Source: an uncultured virus (IMG/VR IMGVR_UViG_3300008625_000009)
Lineage: Duplodnaviria; Heunggongvirae; Uroviricota; Caudoviricetes
Direction: 5' to 3' (one strand)
Virus record (IMG/VR): IMGVR_UViG_3300008625_000009
Length of the DNA: 64,000 bases
Position 1 is the first letter of the stretch; each line of letters starts with the position of its first letter. This document shows positions 39,683-50,533 of this stretch, in pieces. The notes below the pieces were generated by a model, which made no database searches, had not been told where the DNA came from, and saw nothing but the letters and a program-made list of their open reading frames with translations. The position numbers and the translations under genes are program-made.

Positions 39683-40306
39683 ATGACTTATCTAAGAGAA
39701 CACTTGACATTTGACCAAGCTCGCATGGTAACTGAGACTGATTCAGAAGGCAAGAATCTATACATGAAGGGTATTTGCATTCAAGGTGGTGTAAAGAATG
39801 CAAATCAGCGTGTATATCCTGTCTCTGAAATTCAAACCGCAGTATCAACATTAAATGAGCAAATCAATCAAGGAAACTCAGTACTAGGCGAAGTTGATCA
39901 TCCAGACGATCTTAAGATTAACTTAGATCGTGTATCCCACATGGTTACAGAAATGTGGATGGATGGACCCAACGGTTATGGTAAGATGAAAGTACTACCA
40001 ACACCAATGGGTAACTTAGTCAAAACTATGCTTGAGTCAGGTGTTAAATTAGGAGTTTCATCCAGAGGTAGCGGCAATGTCCGTGAATCTTCTGGCGATG
40101 TTTCAGAATTTGAAATTGTCACTATTGACGTAGTGGCGCAACCAAGTGCTCCAGAAGCATATCCAACAGCAATTTATGAAGGCCTTTTAAACATGAGAGG
40201 CGGTCATAGAGTGCTTGAGATGGCGGCTGAAGTACGTGAGAATCAAAAGGCGCAAAAATATCTCAAAGAGAGTATTTTGCGTCTCATAAAGGACCTAAAA
40301 ATTTAG
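39683..40306 (+). CDS. gp21: Prohead core protease
   Basis: NANQRVYP, GEVDHP, GVSSRGSG, DVVAQPSAP. Confidence 0.93.
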   Translation: MTYLREHLTFDQARMVTETDSEGKNLYMKGICIQGGVKNANQRVYPVSEIQTAVSTLNEQINQGNSVLGEVDHPDDLKINLDRVSHMVTEMWMDGPNGYGKMKVLPTPMGNLVKTMLESGVKLGVSSRGSGNVRESSGDVSEFEIVTIDVVAQPSAPEAYPTAIYEGLLNMRGGHRVLEMAAEVRENQKAQKYLKESILRLIKDLKI

Positions 40307-40315
40307 GAGAGCATT

Positions 40316-41416
40316 ATGTTAGACGTATTCAAACCACTTATCGAAAACAATATTATCTCCGAGGAAGTTCAAGTTGAACTCCAGGAAGCTTGGGATGCAA
40401 AGTTGGTAGAAGCCACTGAGCAAAACAAGGCCGAGTTACGCGAAGAATTTGCAAAGAGATATGAGCACGATAAGGAGGCGATTGTCGAAGCCCTAGATAC
40501 AATGGTTACAGATTCTCTAAAACAAGAAATCAACGAGTTTGTAGAAGACAAGCAAGCACTACTAGCTGAGCGAGTAGCATACAAGACAGCAGTAACAGAG
40601 CATGCCGATCTTCTAAGCAAGTTCGTAACAGAAAATCTAGCAACTGAAATGAATGAGTTCCGTGCTGATAGAGGCACACAGGCTCAAACAATGCAGAAAC
40701 TAGAAGATTTCGTAATCAAAGCATTAAGCGAAGAGATTGTTGAATTCAACGAAGACAAGAAAGACGTAGTTGAAACAAAAGTTAAGTTAGTTGCTGAAGC
40801 AAAAACAAAACTAGCCGAACTTAAGAAAACATTTATCGAGCGTAGTGCTAAGATGGTTGAAGAGACTGTCACTAAAACTATTAAGGGTGAGATGTCACAA
40901 CTTAAAGAAGATATTCAAAGTGCTCGTGAGAATAACTTTGGACGTCAATTATTTGAAGCTTTTGCCGCAGAGTATGCACATTCATATTTGAATGAGAATA
41001 CTGAAGTTGCAAAACTCAACAAGCAACTTTCAGAAATGGAAGGTGTATTGGCAGAAGCCAATAAAACAATTGAAGAAAAGGATGCACTCGTAGAGACAAA
41101 AATGAGTGAAATCAACGTTATTAATGACCAAGCAAACCGTAAAGAAACACTCTCTCAACTTCTTTCACCATTGGCGAAAGAGAAGAAAGAGGTTATGGAA
41201 AGTTTACTTGAGTCAGTACAAACTGATAAACTTAAAGCATCTTTTGACAAATACCTGCCAGCAGTTATTAATGGCGATGGCACTGGTATTAAACGCAAAC
41301 TTACTGAGTCAGTAAAGAAAGAAGTAACTGGTGATCGCCAACCTGTTGAAAAGCAAGTTGAAGAAACACCAAACACTTCCAACATTGTTGATATCAAGAA
41401 GTTAGCAGGATTATAA
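40316..41416 (+). CDS. gp22: Prohead scaffold protein
   Basis: Coiled-coil, E/K-rich ORF between protease and capsid genes. Confidence 0.8.
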   Translation: MLDVFKPLIENNIISEEVQVELQEAWDAKLVEATEQNKAELREEFAKRYEHDKEAIVEALDTMVTDSLKQEINEFVEDKQALLAERVAYKTAVTEHADLLSKFVTENLATEMNEFRADRGTQAQTMQKLEDFVIKALSEEIVEFNEDKKDVVETKVKLVAEAKTKLAELKKTFIERSAKMVEETVTKTIKGEMSQLKEDIQSARENNFGRQLFEAFAAEYAHSYLNENTEVAKLNKQLSEMEGVLAEANKTIEEKDALVETKMSEINVINDQANRKETLSQLLSPLAKEKKEVMESLLESVQTDKLKASFDKYLPAVINGDGTGIKRKLTESVKKEVTGDRQPVEKQVEETPNTSNIVDIKKLAGL

Positions 41417-41447
41417 ATTTATAATTAAGGAGTTTAGGAGACTAAAA

Positions 41448-42620
41448 ATGTCAGAACTATTAAATGAAAACTGGAGTGAAACTAAAGACGCACTATTAGA
41501 AGGTCTTTCAGGTTCAACTCGTAGTACAATGGCAGTAACTCTAGAGAATACAAAAGGCTATTTGACAGAGGCTGCTACAGCCGGCGCATCAACATCAGGT
41601 AATGTTGCTACACTTAACCGCGTAATTTTACCAGTAATCCGCCGCGTAATGCCATCAGTAATTGCTAACGAAATCGTTGGTGTTCAACCAATGGCAGGTC
41701 CAGTAGGACAAATTCACACATTGAGAGTACGTTACGCTGATGCATTCACAGGTAACGCAGGTGGTAACACAACAGCAGGCGAAGAAGCATTAAGCCCATT
41801 CAAAGTTGCTGAAGGTTACTCAGGTAACGTTGCATCTGCTGATACAGCAGGTTCAACATCTGCTAACGAAGGCACAGGCGGTAACCGTCTAAGCATCCAA
41901 ATCTTGAAGCAACCAGTTGAAGCAAAGACACGTAAGCTATCAGCACGTTGGACTTTCGAAGCTGCTCAAGATGCTAACTCAATGCACGGTATTGACATGG
42001 AAGCAGAAATCATGTCAGCACTAGCACAAGAAATTACTGCAGAAATTGATCAAGAGATCCTACGTTCACTACGTAGTATCGCAACAGCAGGTGATCCATA
42101 TGATCAAAACGCAGTATCAGGTACAGCAACATACGTTGGTGACGAGCACGCCGCTCTAGCAGTTCTAATGAACCGCGCAGCCAACACAATTGCACAACGC
42201 ACACGTCGTGGTGCAGGTAACTGGGCAGTCGTTTCACCACAAGCACTAACAGTTATCCAATCCGCTTCAACAAGTGCATTTGCACGTACAACAGAAGGTT
42301 CATTCGAAGCACCAGTTAACCAAAAGATGGTTGGCACACTAAATGGTACAATGAAGATCTATGTTGATACATACGCAGCTGATGATACAGCAGTACTAGT
42401 AGGCTACAAGGGTTCAAGCGAAGCAGACGCAGCTGCTTTCTACTGCCCATACATTCCTCTAATGTCATCTGGTACAGTACTAGATCCAGATACATTCGAG
42501 CCAGTCGTAGGCTTCATGACACGTTATGGTTATGTTGCACTAACAAACACAGCATCATCACTAGGTAATGCTGGCGACTACCTACAAACAATTGCAGTAT
42601 CAAACCTATCATTTGCATAA
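41448..42620 (+). CDS. gp23: Major capsid protein
   Basis: RRVMP..IANEIVGVQPM.GPVGQI, AKTRKLSARWTFEAAQD, EI.AEIDQEI, FYCPYIPL, TRYG. Confidence 0.96.
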   Translation: MSELLNENWSETKDALLEGLSGSTRSTMAVTLENTKGYLTEAATAGASTSGNVATLNRVILPVIRRVMPSVIANEIVGVQPMAGPVGQIHTLRVRYADAFTGNAGGNTTAGEEALSPFKVAEGYSGNVASADTAGSTSANEGTGGNRLSIQILKQPVEAKTRKLSARWTFEAAQDANSMHGIDMEAEIMSALAQEITAEIDQEILRSLRSIATAGDPYDQNAVSGTATYVGDEHAALAVLMNRAANTIAQRTRRGAGNWAVVSPQALTVIQSASTSAFARTTEGSFEAPVNQKMVGTLNGTMKIYVDTYAADDTAVLVGYKGSSEADAAAFYCPYIPLMSSGTVLDPDTFEPVVGFMTRYGYVALTNTASSLGNAGDYLQTIAVSNLSFA

Positions 42621-42643
42621 GGTTTAGAATTTTTTGTAAAGAT

Positions 42644-42669
42644 AACCCCCCATTATTTGGGGGGTTTTT
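42644..42669 (+). terminator. Rho-independent terminator after the capsid gene
   Basis: AACCCCCCA-TTATT-TGGGGGGTT followed by TTT. Confidence 0.85.
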
Positions 42670-42675
42670 CTTGAC

Positions 42676-42772
42676 TAAATAGTAATGCTTACTAATGGGT
42701 AGTAAGTTTATGGGGATTAACCTTCCTCGTAGCGGTTAAAACCCGCAACGGACTTCTAAAAGGAGAAATAAA
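42676..42772 (+). promoter_or_regulatory. Late promoter (TAAATA) and three-hairpin 5' leader
   Basis: Stems at 42687-42707, 42709-42731 and 42732-42746 before the AAGGAG RBS. Confidence 0.5.
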
Positions 42773-43234
42773 ATGGGTAGACCACTTAATAAAAGATACT
42801 TCGGTGTCGCGGGCGTAGGCCCAACAGCCGGCGGTAACGAAATCAAAGTTAACTTTAACAGCGGCGGCGGTGTTAAAGAAGGTTATATTGTTAAACAAAA
42901 AGCAAGTAAACGTTTTGTTGTTGAAGAAATCGAAACAGCAGGATTACATACTTGTACTTTAACTTGGGATGATTTACCAGCAAACCTAGCATCAGGTGAG
43001 ATGTCAATTTCATTTAAAATGGATGATGGTGAAACATACCTAGCAAGTAAAATTTCTGGCCGTACAGCAACATTAGCAGCTCCGACTGCTACAGGTTCAA
43101 ACGCATATGATGGCAGTAAAGTTCCATGGAACTTCACAGTAGATCTAACAGACGGTGCGGCACAAGTCGAGGAAGCAGGCGACGACAATACACTAGTCGG
43201 TGTAGACGACGACGATTGGACAGAAGACGCTTAA
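42773..43234 (+). CDS. Putative virion (head decoration) protein
   Basis: 153 aa directly after the capsid gene, with its own late promoter and terminator. Confidence 0.45.
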   Translation: MGRPLNKRYFGVAGVGPTAGGNEIKVNFNSGGGVKEGYIVKQKASKRFVVEEIETAGLHTCTLTWDDLPANLASGEMSISFKMDDGETYLASKISGRTATLAAPTATGSNAYDGSKVPWNFTVDLTDGAAQVEEAGDDNTLVGVDDDDWTEDA

Positions 43235-43259
43235 TTGATATTCTTACGATCAATACAGG

Positions 43260-43281
43260 AAAGGGGCCATCGGCCCCTTTT
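43260..43281 (+). terminator. Rho-independent terminator
   Basis: AAAGGGGCC-ATC-GGCCCCTTTT. Confidence 0.8.
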
Positions 43282-43296
43282 CTATTCTAAAATTTG

Positions 43297-43304
43297 TATA
43301 AATA
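43297..43304 (+). promoter_or_regulatory. Late promoter TATAAATA
   Basis: Exact T4 late consensus 24 bp upstream of ATG 43329. Confidence 0.7.
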
Positions 43305-43328
43305 ATATAACATTGGAAATCACGAAAT

Positions 43329-44210
43329 ATGGCAAAGGAATTAAGAGTTAACAGCGATTATAATATCAACGTTGGTTCAAATGATGTTAATATTACAGCA
43401 GATGCATTTCAAGTAACAGGCAATTTAGTTGTTACTGGAACTACTACCACGGTTAATACAACAGATTTAGACATTCAAGATAATACAATTGTATTAAACA
43501 AGAATGAATCAGGAGCAGGTGTTACGCTTGGAACAGCAGGTGTTGTAATTGAAAGAGGCACTTCTGACGATACATCATTGATTTGGAATGAAACTACAGA
43601 CAAATGGAGTTTTAAACTCGGCTCGGGATTAGCAGACTTAGAAGCACTTTCTGTTACAACAACAGGTGATTTAACTGTTAATGGTGTTACTATTAGCGAC
43701 ATATTAGATGAAGATAATATGGCAAGTGATAGTGCTACTGCTTTAGCAACACAACAATCTATCAAAGCATATGTAGATACTGCGGCAGGGTCACCAACCC
43801 CAGGTGGTGCTAATACTAATATTCAATATAATAATAGTGGAACTCTTGCTGGTAGTTCAAACATTGTATTTGATAATGGAACAAATGCTGTTACTATAAC
43901 AGGTGAACTTAGTGTAGATAATATTAATATTAATGCAAATGATATTATTTCATCTAACACAAATGGTAATATTACTCTTACGCCAAATGGAACGGGTAAT
44001 ATTGTATTATCCAAAGCGGCCAGCGTTTCAGTACAGTTAGATTTTACTGATCAAGGCGGTGATCCAGGTGCTACAGTATCTGTTAATAAAATTTATTCCA
44101 AAACACCAAGCGGTGGTGGCACAGGACTATATTTCGTAAATAACACAACAAGTGGAGAAATGATAAGTAAGAGTAAAGCAATTGCTTATGCTTTAGTATT
44201 TGGTGGATAA
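43329..44210 (+). CDS. Virion fibre-like structural protein
   Basis: GNLVVTGTTTTVN and ILDEDxMxSDSATALATQQSIKAYVD modules shared with 51874..56832. Confidence 0.6.
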   Translation: MAKELRVNSDYNINVGSNDVNITADAFQVTGNLVVTGTTTTVNTTDLDIQDNTIVLNKNESGAGVTLGTAGVVIERGTSDDTSLIWNETTDKWSFKLGSGLADLEALSVTTTGDLTVNGVTISDILDEDNMASDSATALATQQSIKAYVDTAAGSPTPGGANTNIQYNNSGTLAGSSNIVFDNGTNAVTITGELSVDNININANDIISSNTNGNITLTPNGTGNIVLSKAASVSVQLDFTDQGGDPGATVSVNKIYSKTPSGGGTGLYFVNNTTSGEMISKSKAIAYALVFGG

Positions 44211-44213
44211 TTT

Positions 44214-44612
44214 ATGGCAGTCACAATAACAAATGTAACAAACAATTCTTCAACAGCAATTTTTACTGCATCAGGCAATGTTGCTGTTACAGATATAATT
44301 ATTTTTAATACGGATAGTCACGCCGACTCATTTTTTAATTGGGCATTGAATTTAGTTCCCAGCGGTGACTCTGTAACAGTTAATAATTTATTATATGATT
44401 CATCCAAAGCGGGAGGTTTTGCAGTTCCTATCTCTACTGGATCAAATTTACATGTAAACACTATAACAGGATTTACTGCCAATAAGTGGCTATTAACAAA
44501 TGGTGATAAATTTTATATTGATTTAGATGATGCAAGTAACTCATCTACCAATTGGTCTGGTTCGCCGGCGACAGTACCTGTAAATGTTTTTGTTAACTAT
44601 ATGAGTTTATAA
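44214..44612 (+). CDS. Putative virion structural protein
   Basis: 132-aa beta-rich ORF in the late fibre operon. Confidence 0.45.
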   Translation: MAVTITNVTNNSSTAIFTASGNVAVTDIIIFNTDSHADSFFNWALNLVPSGDSVTVNNLLYDSSKAGGFAVPISTGSNLHVNTITGFTANKWLLTNGDKFYIDLDDASNSSTNWSGSPATVPVNVFVNYMSL

Positions 44613-44616
44613 TATT

Positions 44617-45048
44617 ATGCCATTTGATCGTACAAATCCAGAATACTTTACTCAGGAATTATTCAATCTTGGTGGAACAAATGCCATACGAATTCCTATA
44701 GGAACTACGAATCAACGACCAGGATCTGCTATAGCAGACTCTGGGATGGTTAGATTTAATGTCACAACAGGTGGATTAGAAACATATCATTTAGGCACTT
44801 GGAATCAAATAAGAATTAACGGCACTACGACTATTACTAAAGATACAGACACTGGCGATGGCTCAACAACGGCATTTAATATGTTATCCTCTGCGCCTGC
44901 TGACGAAAACAATATTCTTATTTTTATTAATAACATTTTCCAAGAACCAGATTCTGCTTACACAGTATCAGGAACAACTATTACATTTACATCTGCCCCG
45001 CCTAACAGTCATGTTATTGTAGCATTAAGCGGATTCGACACAGTTTAA
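44617..45048 (+). CDS. Virion structural protein
   Basis: P.GTT.QRP..G.VRFN and GDGSTTAF..Q.P..AY.VSGTTITF modules. Confidence 0.55.
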   Translation: MPFDRTNPEYFTQELFNLGGTNAIRIPIGTTNQRPGSAIADSGMVRFNVTTGGLETYHLGTWNQIRINGTTTITKDTDTGDGSTTAFNMLSSAPADENNILIFINNIFQEPDSAYTVSGTTITFTSAPPNSHVIVALSGFDTV

Positions 45049-45061
45049 TAATTAAACTCTA

Positions 45062-45069
45062 TATAAATA
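45062..45069 (+). promoter_or_regulatory. Late promoter TATAAATA
   Basis: Exact consensus upstream of 45101. Confidence 0.7.
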
Positions 45070-45100
45070 CGGTATAAAGTATTTTTAAACGGAGAATAAT

Positions 45101-48100
45101 ATGGCTATAGGTCGCGTCTCGGGACCAATGTTACAACCAAATCTAGTCAGACAAGGCACTGACTTGGCATTTGAAACAGACTTATTATATCTAGATGTAA
45201 CTAACTCACGTATTGGTATTAACGAAGCTGCCCCGGGGTACTCGTTGGATATTGCCGGCGATCTACAAGTTGGTAACATTGAAATTGATACCAATACAAT
45301 CACTACAACAAATACAAATGGTAATTTAATACTAAATGCTAACGGCACGGGTATTATTTCTGTTTCTAGTAAAGTAGTTGAAGATGTAGCAACTCCGGTA
45401 GCAGGTACAGATGCGGCAAACAAAGCATATGTAGATACTCAAATAGCAGGCCTAGGCGGTGGCACACTTACATTAGGTACACCAACAGATGGCAGCTTAA
45501 CAACGTGCAGTGCGTATTTAGATTGGACATCGTCTACATTAGTTGTAGATGCTATTGATGATTTAAACGAAGTTGTTGAAAACATTCGTAATAGTACTTT
45601 TGTTAAGGAAGTAGACTTTACTGCTGACCAAACAGTAGGTGGTGCAGGACTTGTTGTAACACTAACTATTACTGCCACAGGAAACGCAAATAGATACACT
45701 ATTGATTGGGGCGATGGTAACACAACAACAGGAACAACAGACAGTACTCCAACACATACATATAGTTCTAACGTAGGATCACCATTTGATGTAGAGGTCA
45801 CTGCATATAACAATAGTGGCTGTGGAACAGGAAGCACCGCAACTAAATTAAGAGCGGGATATATTATTATCTATACTGCTAACCCGGTTGTTAGTTTTGC
45901 CGCATATGCCGCTTCATCAGGCGGTAGTCCAATTACATATTGGGATGACGGTGACCAAGTTTACTTTGATAATAATACAACAAACATTGGCGGTGCTACA
46001 ATTCAATACACTTGGGATTGGGACGATGGTAGTAGCGACAATGTTATTTCAAGTGATAGTGCCGCAGGTGGTTCTGCCGGCGCAAGACTTGACCATACGT
46101 TTACGGAAATTTCAGAACAAGAAATAACAAGAACAGTTATACTAACACTAGACAGTCATAATACTGCTGATCCATCAGTAATACCAACTAGTGACAATGT
46201 CGCATATAAAATTTATGACACACATACTCCTGAAGTATCATTAAGTGCGACAACAGGTATTAACGAAGAAAGTACTAGTGGATTACCGATTACCTTTACT
46301 AATAATACTGAAGCAACAATTGGCAGTTATGCAACATATGGTATTCAATATGAATACCAATGGGGCGATGGAACTTCAGATACAACAGTAAATGTTGGTA
46401 CAGGCGGAAGTGGTGACACTGGTAACACTATTAGTCACACGTTTGCGTTGAGTCCAAGCGACCAAGCATCAGGAACAGCAAGAAATTATACTGGTAACTT
46501 GAGAGTTATTAGTAATCATACAAGTAGTCCATTTATTAGTTCTAACTTTACAGTTCACGTTGAACCAGATGTTAGAGCAAACATTGCGGCCACAGCAGTA
46601 ACAACAAGTGATAGATCTGGTGACAATCAATATGACATTTATGATTACACAGACTACAATGGAAATAATAGAGCATTAGTAAGAGCAACAAACACATCAC
46701 AAAACGCAGATGATTATGTATATAATTGGGGTGATGGTAGTACAAACGACACTCCTACTGAAGATGGTGTAAGTGCTGGTTCTATAGGCGCAACATTAGA
46801 TCATGATTATGCAGGTGAATCAGCAGGCAATTACACATTAGCCTTTACAGCAAACGGAACTCCTGATTTAACATTACAGTCAGATTCAGATTCAAGTATT
46901 GTGTTCCAAATGAATGCAACGCCATCTGCACCAGCGAATTTGAGTACTAAATCGCTAACGTTGAGTGATTCATACCAAGGCTCAAGTCCAAAACTTTGTG
47001 CTGGATTTGCAGATAACAGTACGAGTAATCCATTGGTTGCGGGCGCGGCGTTGACTACAACTACAGCAAGACGATATACAAGTGGCACAATTGACACAAA
47101 TGTTATTGCTAATGCTTACAATGGTTTGAGTGGAACACTAACTGCAACTGTTAACGGCGTTGATAAAGGTAATAAAACATTTACAACAGCATTGAACGAG
47201 AATGGAACATTTACCTCGCTTGTTGTAAGTGACCAACGTGATGCTAACGACACAATTAGTTCAGCAACTTATCCAACAGGATTTTATCAAACGTTTGATG
47301 CCAAAATTACGCAAGCACTTGCAAGTTATACAGTAGGTGTAAATGACGAAAGATTAGAACACAGTGCAACAGGTAATACAAACTATGTTTCTGTTGTATA
47401 TGATGATATAACAGCAACGCCTACTATAGATGATTCTGGCACATTGTCTGAAGGAACTGGCGGCACAAAAAGATATGTTTCTGGTATACCATATTATAAC
47501 ACAGGAAGTCCAACACTTACTTTAACTGGTGTACAGGTTAGTGATTTAACAGGACAAGCCTACCGAGATACGTCATCAGTCGTTGAAGTAGATAACGGAA
47601 CAAACCAAGAAAGTACAAGTAGCGCGGCAACTACTAATTCAAACTATACTTACGCACAAATTGATGGTGCAAGTTCAATGCTAACAGGCGGTATACCAAA
47701 TGCTGATACTGGCGTTGCGTCTGCATACACGATAGGATCTCTTTCAGTACCTATTACAACAAGTAGCGTAAGAACAGTTGACAGAGTAAAAGTAAGAGCA
47801 TCCAACTGTAACGGAACAAGTAGTTATGTTGAAAACACAACTAATATTCAAGTACACAGATCATCACAGAGTGGTATTGTTGAACAGACCATTGCTGTAG
47901 CAGATAGTTTAGGCAACGGCACGTATACAGATGATGGCAAACGTGTATTTGATTTTAATGCCGACACAACAAACACACCTAGTTTTAACGGTGCAACAAA
48001 TTTTTATACTAACGATTTATATTCTGAAAATAGTGATCCAGGTGTTAGTGGAACAAAAGAAGCAACAATTAGACTTGGTGTTTTAAAATACGATGTAACA

Positions 48101-48547
48101 GATTATAGTTCAGGCTTCCTACCAGTAGGACCTGATCGTAGTGCTGATACGGGAACACAATACTTTACATTTGCTTTCCGTAGACAAGTTGTTGCTAACT
48201 TTGATATTAACATTACATCAAGTTCAGGCATAAGTGGATTATGGATTGCCGCACCAGGCACTGCAATTGATAGTGCTAGTGGACTAAATGGATGGATAGA
48301 TTCAAGTACAACATATGGTGGTAGTGGTGTTCCGGGCAGTGATACAGGCAATGGCGGTAACGGCAGTAATGGCTGTGCGTTTACATCAGGTGACAGAATT
48401 GCAACAGGCACATCACTAAGTGGTGGCTATACAATGACACTTGGCTCAGAGAATATGTCCAATGCTACAGGCAATGTCGTATTGGTAAGAATAGCACTAG
48501 CAAGCGGTGAATCAGTGACTGCGATAAGCATAGGGGAGGCTTCATAA
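45101..48547 (+). CDS. PKD-repeat virion adhesin/fibre protein
   Basis: Four YxWxWGDG-type PKD motifs, each followed by a HTY/HTF/HDY strand; T/S/G-rich. Confidence 0.65.
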   Translation: MAIGRVSGPMLQPNLVRQGTDLAFETDLLYLDVTNSRIGINEAAPGYSLDIAGDLQVGNIEIDTNTITTTNTNGNLILNANGTGIISVSSKVVEDVATPVAGTDAANKAYVDTQIAGLGGGTLTLGTPTDGSLTTCSAYLDWTSSTLVVDAIDDLNEVVENIRNSTFVKEVDFTADQTVGGAGLVVTLTITATGNANRYTIDWGDGNTTTGTTDSTPTHTYSSNVGSPFDVEVTAYNNSGCGTGSTATKLRAGYIIIYTANPVVSFAAYAASSGGSPITYWDDGDQVYFDNNTTNIGGATIQYTWDWDDGSSDNVISSDSAAGGSAGARLDHTFTEISEQEITRTVILTLDSHNTADPSVIPTSDNVAYKIYDTHTPEVSLSATTGINEESTSGLPITFTNNTEATIGSYATYGIQYEYQWGDGTSDTTVNVGTGGSGDTGNTISHTFALSPSDQASGTARNYTGNLRVISNHTSSPFISSNFTVHVEPDVRANIAATAVTTSDRSGDNQYDIYDYTDYNGNNRALVRATNTSQNADDYVYNWGDGSTNDTPTEDGVSAGSIGATLDHDYAGESAGNYTLAFTANGTPDLTLQSDSDSSIVFQMNATPSAPANLSTKSLTLSDSYQGSSPKLCAGFADNSTSNPLVAGAALTTTTARRYTSGTIDTNVIANAYNGLSGTLTATVNGVDKGNKTFTTALNENGTFTSLVVSDQRDANDTISSATYPTGFYQTFDAKITQALASYTVGVNDERLEHSATGNTNYVSVVYDDITATPTIDDSGTLSEGTGGTKRYVSGIPYYNTGSPTLTLTGVQVSDLTGQAYRDTSSVVEVDNGTNQESTSSAATTNSNYTYAQIDGASSMLTGGIPNADTGVASAYTIGSLSVPITTSSVRTVDRVKVRASNCNGTSSYVENTTNIQVHRSSQSGIVEQTIAVADSLGNGTYTDDGKRVFDFNADTTNTPSFNGATNFYTNDLYSENSDPGVSGTKEATIRLGVLKYDVTDYSSGFLPVGPDRSADTGTQYFTFAFRRQVVANFDINITSSSGISGLWIAAPGTAIDSASGLNGWIDSSTTYGGSGVPGSDTGNGGNGSNGCAFTSGDRIATGTSLSGGYTMTLGSENMSNATGNVVLVRIALASGESVTAISIGEAS

Positions 48548-49824
48548 TGGCCATTTCAGATAGCCAAAAAATTGACTACCTATGGAAAAAACTAGGTTAC
48601 GGTGCTACCAAAACAGATACAAACGCACTTAAAAAGGCGCCTAACGAAGCGATTTCAAGTTCGTTGTTGCTACGTGGCGACAAAGTTTGGAAGGAGGCTT
48701 CAAGTATTCCTAGCACAATACCAGGATCAAGCTCCGAGGTTGTAACTGTATACACGACAAGTGCCCCACAAGAATGCACAGAAGATATTACATCAACAGC
48801 GAATAGAACTTGGAAAACAGGACTAACAGATTGGATATCACCTGAAATTGGTTCAACATACCAAGTAAAAGCTTATATACACACTAGCAGTAGTGCTGGA
48901 TCTGCCGCGTCTGGAGGCACACAGGTATTTGCTACAGGTTCTGGTAATAACGACGAATGGTTTTTTGATTATCAAAGTGGCGTATTACACTTTATTAGTA
49001 CAAACTTGCCTAATGGCGTAAGTTTTACAGGCAAGAGTGTTTATATTAGTGGTGCGAGATACACAGGTGACTTTGGCGTAGGCGGTGACTTGGGAGATTT
49101 TACATTCTCAACAAATGTAATGTCAACAAGCACAACAAACGGTAATATACAAATTGATCCAGATGGAACAGGACAATTACAAATTGTAGGCACAAATTCT
49201 ATAGCAATGCCAAATGGCACCACAGCACAACGACCAGGATCACCATCAGCGGGCGATTTTCGTTATAACAGCACTAGTAATAAAATGGAATACTATAATG
49301 GTACTTCTTGGGTTGATTTAGAAGCAAGTAATTATGCATTAGTATCAAGTGACTCATTTACTGGCGACGGTACAACAACTGCATTTACACTGAGTTCGTC
49401 AGCAACAACAAACGGTACTATCGTTAATATTAACGGTGCTTTACAACAACCTACATCAGCATATAGTGTAAGTGGCACAACGCTTACAATGGTAGAAGCA
49501 CCACACACTGATGACATTGTAGAAGTAAGAATTTTTAGTACTTCATTAATTAGTACACAAAATTTAATTGCGGATGCTGATAATGATACAAGAATAAGAG
49601 TAGAAGCAAGTACTGACGAAGATACAATTCGTTTTGCGACAGCCGGTACCGAAGTTGCTACGATGACTACTGGTGCAACAGTTTTTGCTAATGCGGTACA
49701 ATTAGCAAGCATGACAACAACACAAAGAAACTCATTATCGGCTGCCAACGGTATGATTATTTACAATACTACAGATAACAAATTCCAAGGCTATGAAAAT
49801 GGATCTTGGGCAGACTTAATATAA
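48547..49824 (+). CDS. Virion structural/fibre protein
   Basis: Shares GTTAQRP, GDGTTTAF and DAD.DT..VE.S.DED.IRF modules with 51874..56832. Confidence 0.6.
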   Translation: MAISDSQKIDYLWKKLGYGATKTDTNALKKAPNEAISSSLLLRGDKVWKEASSIPSTIPGSSSEVVTVYTTSAPQECTEDITSTANRTWKTGLTDWISPEIGSTYQVKAYIHTSSSAGSAASGGTQVFATGSGNNDEWFFDYQSGVLHFISTNLPNGVSFTGKSVYISGARYTGDFGVGGDLGDFTFSTNVMSTSTTNGNIQIDPDGTGQLQIVGTNSIAMPNGTTAQRPGSPSAGDFRYNSTSNKMEYYNGTSWVDLEASNYALVSSDSFTGDGTTTAFTLSSSATTNGTIVNINGALQQPTSAYSVSGTTLTMVEAPHTDDIVEVRIFSTSLISTQNLIADADNDTRIRVEASTDEDTIRFATAGTEVATMTTGATVFANAVQLASMTTTQRNSLSAANGMIIYNTTDNKFQGYENGSWADLI

Positions 49825-49849
49825 GTTAATAAAAATATTTAAATGTTCT

Positions 49850-50533
49850 ATGATAAAAGAATTCTACTTACAAAATAAAGACAAAGTATGGAATTACGAA
49901 CCGATTCCAAGTGACAAAGATCCTGTCAATTGGGTTAATTGGGAATGTAAATATCCATGGTTAAAACTACAAATAGATGCCCCGTTTAAAGAAATGCTTG
50001 AAGAAGCAAAGAACATAAAACATATGTTTGTAGAACATCGCGATGATCAGTCACAAGGCTGGAAAAGTATTTGTTTACACGGAATTGATGATCACATAAC
50101 TGGACCACCGCAAGATCATGGCTATAGCAACGACACTCTTAGAGTGTGGACAAACGCATCTAATCATTGTCCTATAACAACAAATTATTTTAAAAATACA
50201 TTTCCTTTTAGTGCATATGATAGATTAAGAATTATGTTACTTGAGCCCGGCGGATATGTTGATGTGCATTATGACGGACTTAGAGAAGATAATCCTAGTA
50301 GAGCAGTTAACTTCAGCCTTAATCACCCAAAAGACTGTCATCTAATTACAGAAAATGGAATAGTTCCATTTGAAAACACAGGCAGTATAATTCATTTTAA
50401 CATTGCATATGACCATTGTGTTATAAACAATAGTAGTGAAGATAGATATCATATTATTGTACATGGTGCAGAAACAGATCAATTTAATAATATTGTTTTA
50501 ACCAGTTATGAAAGTCAAATTAATATTGCTTAG
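49850..50533 (+). CDS. Aspartyl/asparaginyl beta-hydroxylase-like 2OG-Fe(II) oxygenase
   Basis: RLRIMLLEPGG....HYD (HxD) and distal H..V.N.S.EDR.H motif. Confidence 0.75.
   Translation: MIKEFYLQNKDKVWNYEPIPSDKDPVNWVNWECKYPWLKLQIDAPFKEMLEEAKNIKHMFVEHRDDQSQGWKSICLHGIDDHITGPPQDHGYSNDTLRVWTNASNHCPITTNYFKNTFPFSAYDRLRIMLLEPGGYVDVHYDGLREDNPSRAVNFSLNHPKDCHLITENGIVPFENTGSIIHFNIAYDHCVINNSSEDRYHIIVHGAETDQFNNIVLTSYESQINIA

Noticed and set aside
26769..42620. Introns or inteins in core genes
   Set aside because: gp55, gp47, gp46, gp20, gp21 and gp23 are contiguous, with no splice or intein motifs seen.
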